A stretch of 64,000 nt of DNA from a virus: IMG/VR virus record IMGVR_UViG_3300029915_000005; one strand, given 5' to 3'. Made by a program: the position numbers and the translations under genes. The notes under the pieces are model-generated. The model had not been told where the DNA came from, did no database searches, and was given only the letters and a program-made list of their open reading frames with translations. Of the stretch, positions 19,881 through 28,928 are shown one piece after another. Position 1 is the stretch's first letter. Each line of letters opens with the position of its first letter.

Positions 19881-20361
19881 TGATTTTTATAAAATAATGG
19901 AAGCAGCAGAAAAAAAGAAAGGAACATACTCTTCTTTCCAGTTGAATAGTGAAAGTAGAAAAAAATTGCATGATTGGTTGGAAACCAATAAAATAGAAAA
20001 TTTGGTCGATCTAGATGAATATCATGTTACAGTTACTTATTCTCGAAAAGCTGTTCCAGAAATTTATGATATAAAACCAAAATTGCCAATAAAAGTAAAA
20101 GCTATTGGTTGGGAAGTTTTTGGTGATTTGTTGGTGCTAAAATTGGAAAAAGATAAATTAATTGGAATTTATTCCCAATCTATAGAATTAGGAGCAGAAT
20201 CAGATTATGATGAATATATTCCTCATGTTTCTGTGGCCAAAAAATATACAGGAGAAGTTCCAAAGACATATCCAAAATTTTATATTACGTTGAATGAATT
20301 TAAAGTTGAAGAATTAGATTTTGATTTTAGTTATTCATTTTCAGAGGATGAAAAAGAATAA
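19867..20361 (+). CDS. 2H phosphoesterase, Acb1/gp57B-like
   Basis: YHVTVTYSR and YIPHVSVA (two HxT/S motifs), GAESDYDEY. Confidence 0.75.
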   Translation: MKSFSDFYKIMEAAEKKKGTYSSFQLNSESRKKLHDWLETNKIENLVDLDEYHVTVTYSRKAVPEIYDIKPKLPIKVKAIGWEVFGDLLVLKLEKDKLIGIYSQSIELGAESDYDEYIPHVSVAKKYTGEVPKTYPKFYITLNEFKVEELDFDFSYSFSEDEKE

Positions 20362-21005
20362 TGGAAGATTGGAAATCAACCCCGATTTATATAACTAATT
20401 TTAATAATCTGGAAAGAGGATTTAGAAAATTGGTTAATTGGCTTTGGGACGCAGGTATGACAAATATTGCTGTGATTGATAATGCATCAACATGGGAACC
20501 ATTGCTTTGTTATTACAAAACATCAGGATTGAATATTATCAATAGAACTTCCAATCTTGGCCATGATGCATTTTGGAAACTTAATATAGTTCAAAATACA
20601 AGATTTATAGTAACTGATCCTGATGTTGTTCCAGATGCAAATTGTCCAGCAGATTTGGTAAGAAAAATGCACGAAGTTGCTGATAGATATGCTCCTGCAA
20701 AAGTTGGCCCTGGATTACGAATAGATAATCTTCCAGATCATTATCATAGAAAACAATTAATGTTGGACAGTGAAGTAAATTATTGGACTAGAAAAACTGC
20801 TGATAATGATTCTTACTTTGCTCTTATAGATACAACTTTTGCTTTATATAATCCAGGATGGGGAATTTGGCCATCAGCGACACACATAAGGCTTGATTTT
20901 CCATATGTTATGGAGCACTTGCCATGGTATGAAGATAGCAATGCAATTAATGAAGAACGAGATTTTTATAAAAGAACAGCATTGCCAGGAATTAGCAATG
21001 CATAA
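20361..21005 (+). CDS. GT-A glycosyltransferase-like protein
   Basis: VIDNAST, NLGH, VTDPDV, IDTTFALY. Confidence 0.7.
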   Translation: MEDWKSTPIYITNFNNLERGFRKLVNWLWDAGMTNIAVIDNASTWEPLLCYYKTSGLNIINRTSNLGHDAFWKLNIVQNTRFIVTDPDVVPDANCPADLVRKMHEVADRYAPAKVGPGLRIDNLPDHYHRKQLMLDSEVNYWTRKTADNDSYFALIDTTFALYNPGWGIWPSATHIRLDFPYVMEHLPWYEDSNAINEERDFYKRTALPGISNA

Positions 21006-21015
21006 CGGAGATTGA

Positions 21016-21510
21016 ATGAGAATCACTAAATTATTTAATTATACACAAACATCTGATCCATATGCAACACATATGAATATGTTATCTGCTATGGGAGATG
21101 ATGTAAAGAGTATTTTGGAGTTAGGCGCTGGCAGATATAGTACTGGAATGTTTTTGAATCGTGAATTATTTCCACTTTTGAAAAAATTGGTAACTGTTGA
21201 AAATGATCCAAATTGGGCTGCTGTTGCAAAAGTTGAAGATAGCAGACATACTATGATTGTAGTTCCAGAACCAATAGAAACATTTTTGGATTCTTTGGAT
21301 TTAGAATTGTTTGATCTAATTTTTGTAGATAATTCTACTTCTGGTGATCGTAGATGTGATACTATAAAATATATCTCAGAAAAAGTTAAGCAGCCATTAG
21401 TAGTAATGCACGATTTTCAAGTTCCTTCTTATGCGGCTGCTGCGAAAGCATTTAAGCATATCATTGTAGACAATCGACAAGAACCATACACAGCTTTGGG
21501 ATGGAATTAG
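21016..21510 (+). CDS. SAM-dependent methyltransferase-like protein
   Basis: ILELGAGRYST, FDLIFVD, VVMHD. Confidence 0.7.
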   Translation: MRITKLFNYTQTSDPYATHMNMLSAMGDDVKSILELGAGRYSTGMFLNRELFPLLKKLVTVENDPNWAAVAKVEDSRHTMIVVPEPIETFLDSLDLELFDLIFVDNSTSGDRRCDTIKYISEKVKQPLVVMHDFQVPSYAAAAKAFKHIIVDNRQEPYTALGWN

Positions 21511-21519
21511 GAGGAAATA

Positions 21520-22041
21520 ATGCACAGATCAGCATTGATAAGTGGAAAAAAGTTTTTTGATAAGTACGTTCAATCAGGAACCATTGTTGAAATAGGAAGC
21601 CAAGAAGTGGTTCCAGCACAAGGATCGTTACGACAAGTGGCATCTCCAAATTGCAAATATATTGGTCTTGACTGTTCTGCTGGAATTGGCGTAGATATTG
21701 TCACAGATGATTCATATGTATTGCCATTGGAAAATAATTATGCAGATGTAGTAGTGTCGTCTTCAGCATTTGAGCATATGGAACTTTTTTGGGTTATGTT
21801 TTTAGAAATGGCAAGAGTAGTAAAAAGTGGTGGATATATTTATATCAATTCGCCGAGTAATGGTTATGTTCATCGGCATCCAGTGGATTGCTGGAGATTT
21901 TATCCAGATGCAGGAAATGCATTGACCAAATGGGCTGTTAGAAATGGTTATGATCTGGAATTAGTTGAAACATATATTGGTGCTCCAGATGAAGATATCG
22001 CTCATTGGGAAGATTGGGTAAGTATTTGGAAGAAGAAATAA
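21520..22041 (+). CDS. Class I SAM methyltransferase
   Basis: IVEIGS, YIGLD, DVVVSSSAFEH, RVVKSGG, HPVDCWRF. Confidence 0.85.
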   Translation: MHRSALISGKKFFDKYVQSGTIVEIGSQEVVPAQGSLRQVASPNCKYIGLDCSAGIGVDIVTDDSYVLPLENNYADVVVSSSAFEHMELFWVMFLEMARVVKSGGYIYINSPSNGYVHRHPVDCWRFYPDAGNALTKWAVRNGYDLELVETYIGAPDEDIAHWEDWVSIWKKK

Positions 22042-22080
22042 AATACCGCACAATTTGCGGTATTTTATTTCTTCTTCCAA
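22026..22080. terminator. Bidirectional terminator with 25-bp perfect arms
   Basis: TTGGAAGAAGAAATAAAATACCGCA-caatt-TGCGGTATTTTATTTCTTCTTCCAA between convergent genes. Confidence 0.8.
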
Positions 22081-22107
22081 TTTAGTATATGTAAATTGAT
22101 TTCTCTT

Positions 22108-22537
22108 TTAATACTTCACGAAAATTGTCCAATTCTTCTGTGCCATAGCATTCCCAAGAAACAGAAAATCACATCTATTTTGTGCATCCCAACTCCATCT
22201 ATCAGCAATATATTTTGTTTCTATCAACCCATATTTGTAGTAATTATAAGTGGGTCCATCATTTTTATCAATAATTTGAGATGAACGAATTGCTTTAATT
22301 ACATTGATCTTGTTAATCATTGGAACCGTCCAACGCAACGTTACATTTAAATTATCTCTGCAAAGAATACGCATCATTGCCATTCCTGATGCATCCCCTA
22401 GACATGCATCTATATTATTGAATAATTCTGACGCAAGATTGGGTCCATATGCATTTTTAAAACAGACCTCATTTTTAAACCAGATTCAACAATACAGTTA
22501 AGCTGGCTTTCGTCAATTCTGGATGATTTTCGCGCAT
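22108..22537 (-). pseudogene. Early protein with L7/L12-CTD-like motif, frameshifted near 22475
   Basis: Promoter TTGATT..TAATAT then ATG 22537; removing one T joins it to ORF 22108-22383, which contains NKINVIKAIRS..YGLIETKYIAD. Confidence 0.45.
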
Positions 22538-22579
22538 GTAAAAATATTATCAAACTTTGGAATAAAATCAACATAAATA

Positions 22580-22608
22580 TTGACAAATAAATTTATTTAG
22601 GATATTCT
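22580..22608 (+). promoter_or_regulatory. Sigma70 promoter, leaderless
   Basis: TTGACA-17-TATTCT, ATG 6 nt later; near-duplicate at 23408-23436. Confidence 0.7.
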
Positions 22609-22614
22609 TTATAT

Positions 22615-23382
22615 ATGAATGAAAAAGAACAACTAGCTGCTGTTCAACAAAATGGTTGGGCAATTGAATACATCAGAAATCCAAGCGAAGCTGTGCAACT
22701 GGCTGCTGTTCAACAAAATGGTTGTGCAATTTACCACATCAGCAAGCCAAGCGAAGCTGTGCAACTGGCTGCTGTTCAACAAAATGGTTGTGCAATTGAA
22801 TACATCAGAAATCCAAGCAAAGCTGTGCAACTAGCTGCTGTTCAACAAAATGGTTGGGCAATTGAATACATCAGAAATCCAAGCGAAGCTGTGCAACTAG
22901 CTGCTGTTCAACAAAATGGTTATGCAATTGAATACATCAGAAATCCAAGCGAAGCTGTGCAACTGGCTGCTGTTCAACAAAATGGTTATGCAATTCGAGG
23001 CATCAGCAAGCCAAGCGAAGCTGTGCAACTGGCTGCTGTTCAACGAAATGGTTGGGCAATTGAATACATCAGAAATCCAAGCGAAGCTGTGCAACTAGCT
23101 GCTGTTCAACAAAATGGTTGTGCAATTTACCACATCAGCAAGCCAAGCGAAGCTGTGCAACTGGCTGCTGTTCAACAAAATGGTTGTGCAATTAAATACA
23201 TCAGGAATCCAAGCGAAGCTGTGCAACTGGCTGCTGTTCAAGAAGATGGTTGGGCAATTTGCTACATCGACAAGCCAAGCGAAGCTGTGCAACTGGCTGC
23301 TATTCAACGAAATTATCAGGCAATTCAACACATAAAAAAGCCAACAATTAATGTCAAATTAATGGCTAAATTGCTGTCTTAA
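22615..23382 (+). CDS. DUF4116-like tandem-repeat protein (11 x 22 aa)
   Basis: 66-bp near-identical units AAVQQNGxAIxxIxxPSEAVQL. Confidence 0.8.
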   Translation: MNEKEQLAAVQQNGWAIEYIRNPSEAVQLAAVQQNGCAIYHISKPSEAVQLAAVQQNGCAIEYIRNPSKAVQLAAVQQNGWAIEYIRNPSEAVQLAAVQQNGYAIEYIRNPSEAVQLAAVQQNGYAIRGISKPSEAVQLAAVQRNGWAIEYIRNPSEAVQLAAVQQNGCAIYHISKPSEAVQLAAVQQNGCAIKYIRNPSEAVQLAAVQEDGWAICYIDKPSEAVQLAAIQRNYQAIQHIKKPTINVKLMAKLLS

Positions 23383-23442
23383 AATATTCAAAACAAAGCA
23401 CTTATTGTTAACAAATAAATTTATTTAGGATATTTTTTATAT

Positions 23443-23682
23443 ATGAATGAAAAAGCACAAATGGCTGCTGTTCAACAAAATGGTTATGCAATTGAATACA
23501 TCAGCAAGCCAAGCAAAGCTGTGCAAATGGCTGCTGTTCAACGAAATTATCGTGCAATTCAATACATCGACAAGCCAAGCAAAGCTGTGCAAATGGCTGC
23601 TGTTCAACAAAATGGTTGGGCAATTGAATATATAAAAAATCCAACAGAAACAGCAAAATTGGCATCAAAAAGAAACTCTTGA
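23443..23682 (+). CDS. DUF4116-like repeat protein (3 units)
   Basis: Same repeat; duplicated promoter and start. Confidence 0.75.
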   Translation: MNEKAQMAAVQQNGYAIEYISKPSKAVQMAAVQRNYRAIQYIDKPSKAVQMAAVQQNGWAIEYIKNPTETAKLASKRNS

Positions 23683-23877
23683 CAATCATCCCAAACTTTG
23701 TTATGCTATATTTGTAGTCGAAAGGACATGAAATGCGTAATCTTTACAACAGTGTTGGAGTCTGGTATTTGACAAACGTTTTTCCAACTGTTCTACAAAT
23801 CAGTCTATCCTTTTAAAATCAACAACTTAGCCTGTGGAAAAGAAAAGCTTGACAAACAACCCAAACATTGATACCAT
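23679..23877 (+). promoter_or_regulatory. Cluster of sigma70 early promoters with an IHF-consensus site
   Basis: TTGACA-17-TATGCT (23679), TTGACA (23769), TTGACA-17-TACCAT (23849); AATCAACAACTTA at 23817-23829. Confidence 0.65.
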
Positions 23878-23914
23878 TAAAGAGTAGCAAAAATACGAAA
23901 GGATAACACAAAAA

Positions 23915-25105
23915 ATGGCAAAGATTGACACAACTGCATCGTACACGCTGAATGAATTGGTTCCTCTGATCAAGCGATGCTTGAAGAAACAGCGCCCGCT
24001 TTTTCTGTGGTCTGGTCCTGGAATTGGCAAGTCGTCAGTTATAGCGCAAATTGCCAAGCTTCTTGGTGGAATTTCTATTGATCTTCGTTTGAGTCAGATG
24101 CAGCAATCTGATCTCATTGGTATTCCATATTTAAATCCAACTGCAAATAACGGTGCTGGCGCTATGCGCTGGGCGCCTGACGAGCGTATGCCGACTGCTG
24201 AATTTGCTGCTGAGTATCCAATTGTCATTTTGTTTTTGGACGAAATGAATAGTGCTGCTCCTGCTGTGCAAGCTTCTGCATATCAGTTGGTTCAAGACCG
24301 AGCTGCTGGAACGTATAAGCTTCCTGACAATGTGGTTATTGTCGCCGCTGGAAATCGTGAGACAGACCGCGGAGTAACTTTCCGTATGCCTTCTCCGCTT
24401 GCAAATCGTTTTGTTCACTTTCAAGTTAAGCCTGATTTTGATTCTTGGTTGGATTGGGCTTTGAGCGAAAATATCAATCCTGATGTTGTTGCTTTTTTGT
24501 CAACCTTCAAAGACAAGTTGTATGAGTTTGATCCTACGAGCGCTGATAAGTCTTTTCCGACTCCGCGTAGTTGGGAATTTGTAAGCCAGCTTATCACTAC
24601 TGATAAAGATGAAGCTTCTCTGTCAGATAGTGTAATTCGAGATTTGGTTGCATCTGCTGTTGGTTCTGGTACCGCTACATCGTTCATGGCGTATATGAAG
24701 ATTGGCAAGACTCTTCCACATCCTGCTGATATTCTGTCTGGTAAAGTGACAGAGATTAAGACAACTGAAATCAGCGCACATTATCAGATCATTATGAGCA
24801 TGTTGTACGAGTTGCGTAATTTTTGGTTTGATCACAGCGATGGGACTGGTGTTATGGAAAAGGTAGCAGATCGCCAAGTTGAAAAGCGTGATTGGCGCAC
24901 GGACAAGCCATATTTGAAGACTTGGGCTACAATGCTTGAGAATTTTAACAATTTTGTTCTTACGCAAGTGAAGACTGAAGTTGGAATTATGGCAGTTCGT
25001 ATGGCTTTCAAGAATTACAATTTCATGAAGTCTATGCCAATGACCAATTTGAAGTCTTGGACCAAGATCGCAGAGCAGTGGGGAAAGTTTATCTTCTCTG
25101 CTTAA
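23915..25105 (+). CDS. MoxR-like AAA+ ATPase
   Basis: GPGIGKS, LFLDEMN, AAGNR, PLANRF, PTPRSWE. Confidence 0.9.
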   Translation: MAKIDTTASYTLNELVPLIKRCLKKQRPLFLWSGPGIGKSSVIAQIAKLLGGISIDLRLSQMQQSDLIGIPYLNPTANNGAGAMRWAPDERMPTAEFAAEYPIVILFLDEMNSAAPAVQASAYQLVQDRAAGTYKLPDNVVIVAAGNRETDRGVTFRMPSPLANRFVHFQVKPDFDSWLDWALSENINPDVVAFLSTFKDKLYEFDPTSADKSFPTPRSWEFVSQLITTDKDEASLSDSVIRDLVASAVGSGTATSFMAYMKIGKTLPHPADILSGKVTEIKTTEISAHYQIIMSMLYELRNFWFDHSDGTGVMEKVADRQVEKRDWRTDKPYLKTWATMLENFNNFVLTQVKTEVGIMAVRMAFKNYNFMKSMPMTNLKSWTKIAEQWGKFIFSA

Positions 25106-25112
25106 TCAAACC

Positions 25113-25157
25113 AAAAACCAGAAATTTGACAGTCCAATAGTCAAATTTCTGGTTTTT
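25113..25157 (+). terminator. Intrinsic terminator
   Basis: AAAAACCAGAAATTTGAC-agtccaata-GTCAAATTTCTGGTTTTT. Confidence 0.75.
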
Positions 25158-25363
25158 AACTTGTTGATTCTAAAGGGACAAAATTGGCTAAATTGCCCTA
25201 TAACCCGCTCTAAGCCCCTCAGACATGTCCAAGTGCCATAAAGCAAATAATATTGCTTAAAAGGCATTTTTAAGCTCTTTGTTTTGTGTTTGTTACAAAT
25301 TGTTGATTGCAAAGCACTTATTTTCTTATTGACATTTAACTTGAAAGCGAGTAATATTTAACT

Positions 25364-26740
25364 ATGGCAAACACATTAAACAAGAATCAATCTCCAGAAA
25401 AGCTTGGTCGTATTACTGATCAACCAATTCCGCATGAGTTGGCAGTTCGTGTTGCAGACAAGATCACGCAGGCTCGGGTAAGTATGTTGTTCAATCAGCA
25501 ATTTTTTGGAACAATCGCAATGCGCATGGAACTAATGCCTGCTGATAAATGGTTGCCAACCATGGCAGTTGACGGCAAGTATATGTATTATAATCATAAT
25601 TTTGTTGATGAATTGTTTCAAGACGAGCTGATTTTTGTGGTATCTCATGAAGTTCTTCATTTGGTTTATGACCATTTGGGAAGAAATGAGTTTCGTGACC
25701 GTCAGCTTTACAATATTGCTGCTGATTATGTCGTGAATGATGAATTGATCTTGGCTAAAGTTGGAAAATTTCCAACTCATAAAATCCAGAAAAAGGACTC
25801 TTATGGTTCGATGCGAACAGTCGAAGAGCCAATTGGTTTGCATGATGTAAAATATCGTGACTGGAACAGCGAGAAAGTCTATGACGATCTTTTGCAACAG
25901 CAGGAGAAAAATGGCTCTGGCAAGGGTAAAAATTCTGATGGTAGTGGAACTATGAATGGTCAGGGTTTAAGCGAATTGCTTGATAAGTTGCTGGATGAGC
26001 ATATTTCTCCTGGTGCTGGAAAAGATGGAGAACCGTCAAAGTCTGATGGAAAAGCGAGTGCAGATGGTCCTGCGACATTTGGAGATGAAGAACGCAAGCA
26101 ATTGAAAGCAGAGTTGACGGACCAGATTGTAAATTTGGCCAAGTCTTGTAATCCTGGAAATTTGCCGTCTGGTGTTCAAAGAATTATTGAACAAATGACA
26201 GCACCAAAGATGGATTGGAGAGCATTATTGCAGTCCAATCTCGATAGCATTCTTCCTATTGACTATAACTATATGAAAATTAGTAGAAAGAGTACTCATC
26301 TCAATGTAATTCTTCCTGGGATTGTCAATGATCAGTTGCTGAATATCGCAGTTGCAATTGATATGTCAGGAAGTATTGGAGAGAAAGAAGCTGCTGAATT
26401 TTTGAGTGAAATCAATGGAATTATGGGACAATACCAATCCTATGAAATTTTGGTTTTTTGTTTTGATACCAAGTGTTATAATCAACAGATATATTCTTCA
26501 GATAATGGAGAAAATATTAATACATATGTTCCAATGGGCGGCGGTGGAACTGATGGTTCCTGCATTTTTGAGTATTTGAAAAATGAAGGAATTGAGCCAA
26601 TGAAACTTGTGGTTTTCACTGATGGTTATGTTGGAAACTGGGGCGATGAATTCTATTGTCCGACAATTTGGTGCATCAAGGGAAGTAAAGAAGTTCCTCC
26701 ATTTGGACAGGTAGCTTATTTGGATGATCAAATGAACTAA
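25364..26740 (+). CDS. Metallopeptidase plus VWA domain protein (DUF2201-like), MoxR partner
   Basis: TMAVDG, HEVLH, NIAADYVVN; DMSGS, GGGGTD, FTDG; preceded by TTGACA-17-TAATAT. Confidence 0.9.
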   Translation: MANTLNKNQSPEKLGRITDQPIPHELAVRVADKITQARVSMLFNQQFFGTIAMRMELMPADKWLPTMAVDGKYMYYNHNFVDELFQDELIFVVSHEVLHLVYDHLGRNEFRDRQLYNIAADYVVNDELILAKVGKFPTHKIQKKDSYGSMRTVEEPIGLHDVKYRDWNSEKVYDDLLQQQEKNGSGKGKNSDGSGTMNGQGLSELLDKLLDEHISPGAGKDGEPSKSDGKASADGPATFGDEERKQLKAELTDQIVNLAKSCNPGNLPSGVQRIIEQMTAPKMDWRALLQSNLDSILPIDYNYMKISRKSTHLNVILPGIVNDQLLNIAVAIDMSGSIGEKEAAEFLSEINGIMGQYQSYEILVFCFDTKCYNQQIYSSDNGENINTYVPMGGGGTDGSCIFEYLKNEGIEPMKLVVFTDGYVGNWGDEFYCPTIWCIKGSKEVPPFGQVAYLDDQMN

Positions 26741-26758
26741 TTTTTGAAATATTGAATT

Positions 26759-26803
26759 AGAAATAAAAAATCCACTCTAAATTAGAGTGGATTTTTTATT
26801 TCT
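26759..26803. terminator. Palindromic bidirectional terminator (22-bp arms)
   Basis: AGAAATAAAAAATCCACTCTAA-A-TTAGAGTGGATTTTTTATTTCT. Confidence 0.75.
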
Positions 26804-27105
26804 TGGTTGTGTAATAAGGCAGAAAACATTTTAGCTTTAATTTTTCCTTCAAACATTTTGGTAAGTAGATGATGGCAAATAAAATGTTCTTTGGCAGTAA
26901 GAAAAACTTGATTTTCTTTTATTTTGGGATGTACTAATCCGAAAGATTTTGGAATTATGTGATGAGACTCGATATAGCCAAGTGTGGATTTGACAATTTT
27001 TTTATTTGTTCCACGAAAAATTGCTTTAGAACAAATATTGATATAAATTTTAGTATATTTGTTAAATATAGCAATATTTTGAATTTGAGATATATAAATA
27101 GACAT
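26782..27105 (-). CDS. HNH endonuclease, probably C-terminally truncated
   Basis: ESHHIIPKS..NQVFLTAKEHFICHHLL; ends inside the terminator. Confidence 0.75.
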   Translation of the reverse strand: MSIYISQIQNIAIFNKYTKIYINICSKAIFRGTNKKIVKSTLGYIESHHIIPKSFGLVHPKIKENQVFLTAKEHFICHHLLTKMFEGKIKAKMFSALLHNQEIKNPL

Positions 27106-27171
27106 ATGCTGGTGTCCTATGAGACATTAGAATTGGTGGGTGATCTTAACACCGCGACCAATAATATTTAT
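27094..27171 (-). ncRNA. Structured leader element, copy B
   Basis: ATAAATA-tt-ATTGGT-CGC-GGTG(ttaagat)CACC-C-ACCAAT-TCTAA-TGTC(tcatag)GACA-CCAGC-at-ATG-tc-TATTTAT. Confidence 0.7.
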
Positions 27172-27254
27172 CTTGACAAAATATAATTTATGCTCTAATA
27201 TTAAAGATATACAAGTTTAGAAAAGATAAATAAACACAGGAGAAACAAAACAAT

Positions 27255-27863
27255 ATGAGCAATAATATTTGCAAGCACGTTGGATTACATAATGCCAAGA
27301 AAATTTTAATTTTATGGAATAAAGTTCCTGGAGAATCTCATATGGCATTGGTTCTATTCGCTGATAAGATTCCCGCAGCATATTCTGAATTGGTTCATAA
27401 AACATTGGTAAGTGAAGCTGGGCAAAAAGCAAAAAATTTCGCAGATGCATTGAATGAAGTAAAGTTGCCTGACGGAAGAAATTTACTTAATGCTTTGCAC
27501 ACTGAATCGCATATTAAAAAAGTTCAAACGAATCAGACATTTGTTACACCTGACTCAATTAACAAGATTAAGTTAAATGAACTCAATGATATGATGGATA
27601 AAATTGAAGAAGGCGGGGATGCTAAGAAAAAATTAGAAGATTTAGATTTATATAAAGGAATGAATAAAAGAAAACGACGAAATGGGCTGTCAACCACTCC
27701 CAGTGATTTAGATATTTCTGATAAAAAGATGGTGGTAGCCTTGCAAGAGCAAGTCAAGCAATTGACTGGTGCTGTAGAAGCATTACTTGTTGAAGTTAGA
27801 CAATTGAAAGGGGACAGATCAGAACCTGCTTCAGTTGCTCCCAAAACACGAAAAATAATTTAA
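27255..27863 (+). CDS. Hypothetical phage protein
   Basis: AGGAG RBS; KHVG.H..K. Confidence 0.65.
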   Translation: MSNNICKHVGLHNAKKILILWNKVPGESHMALVLFADKIPAAYSELVHKTLVSEAGQKAKNFADALNEVKLPDGRNLLNALHTESHIKKVQTNQTFVTPDSINKIKLNELNDMMDKIEEGGDAKKKLEDLDLYKGMNKRKRRNGLSTTPSDLDISDKKMVVALQEQVKQLTGAVEALLVEVRQLKGDRSEPASVAPKTRKII

Positions 27864-27873
27864 GCACAAATTA

Positions 27874-27903
27874 AAAAAGCCCAGCAAATTTGCTGGGCTT
27901 TTT
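27874..27903. terminator. Bidirectional terminator
   Basis: AAAAAGCCCAGCAAATTTGCTGGGCTTTTT palindrome. Confidence 0.8.
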
Positions 27904-27905
27904 AT

Positions 27906-28928
27906 TTAAATTATTGGCATTCCAAATTTTTTACTAGTTTCTATGTTTTCTTGAATGATTTTAGATATAGATTCCCTCTCAAAAGCTGTAAGATAATAAG
28001 CTTCAGAATATGAAATACTCCCACGCATATACCATATTAACTTTAATAACTCAGCCTTAATATTTTTTGTTTCTGAATTCATCTTTTCAAGCATTTCAAT
28101 AATTTCAGATTCAAACGCAGTGATAAGTTTATTTCTAAATTGAGTACAAAAATCTAAATCAATTGGCACTGATAATTGTTCTTGACATTTGGAACAAGTT
28201 ATTTCTACATTTGGCAAATAGCATTGCTTAATTGATTCTGCAATATAACTACTAATTTCATTTTGAGATTGAATATCAAGTTGTTTGAACCATTCTTGAA
28301 TATGATATTGAGAAGTAACTGTATTATTTGATTTAGAAATAATAATTTTATTTATAGATTGTGAATGAAATGAGTACAATAAATTTTTTTGTTGTGCAAT
28401 TAATGAAATTAATATTTCTTCATATCCTTCTATTGAATTTAATTTGGATATTTGATAAATTTGTTTTCTTAATTTAAAATCAGCAATTGAAAATATATTG
28501 AATTGTTTATATGTTGGTGGACTAAAATATATAATTAGATCATTCATTATTAATGGAGTAAACCACTTGTTGGCTGATAAAGAATTTATATATGAAGATA
28601 AATTAATTTCGTAAGGATCTTGAAAAGAACATTTGGGACAAGTAATTAATAATTCAACTTTCATACCAGTTGTTGCAATTTTTATATTTGCCAATATTTG
28701 TTGAATATCACAAATTAACAAATTTTCAGGCTCAATAATTTCAGGACAGCAATTTTTAATTATTTCTTCAGTTGCTTTTCCAGACAATAAAGCGTCTGGT
28801 GTTCTTAAAGTAAATTCATCCAATATAACCATCGAGTGAACAGAAATTTGCTTAGTGTTTCCAGTTATGGAATCACTAAGCAAATTTGTATAAAGTTTTG
28901 GTCGATTAAATGATATTTTGTTTTGCAT
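27906..28928 (-). CDS. Baseplate hub assembly protein (gp26/gp51-like)
   Basis: TPDALLSG, CPKC, CSKC; C-terminal WYMRGSISYSEAY..ER. Confidence 0.65.
   Translation of the reverse strand: MQNKISFNRPKLYTNLLSDSITGNTKQISVHSMVILDEFTLRTPDALLSGKATEEIIKNCCPEIIEPENLLICDIQQILANIKIATTGMKVELLITCPKCSFQDPYEINLSSYINSLSANKWFTPLIMNDLIIYFSPPTYKQFNIFSIADFKLRKQIYQISKLNSIEGYEEILISLIAQQKNLLYSFHSQSINKIIISKSNNTVTSQYHIQEWFKQLDIQSQNEISSYIAESIKQCYLPNVEITCSKCQEQLSVPIDLDFCTQFRNKLITAFESEIIEMLEKMNSETKNIKAELLKLIWYMRGSISYSEAYYLTAFERESISKIIQENIETSKKFGMPII

Noticed and set aside
22615-23682. CRISPR array or DGR template/variable repeats
   Set aside because: Units are in-frame 66-bp coding repeats with no unique spacers; variation is not adenine-specific; no reverse transcriptase or cas gene in the window
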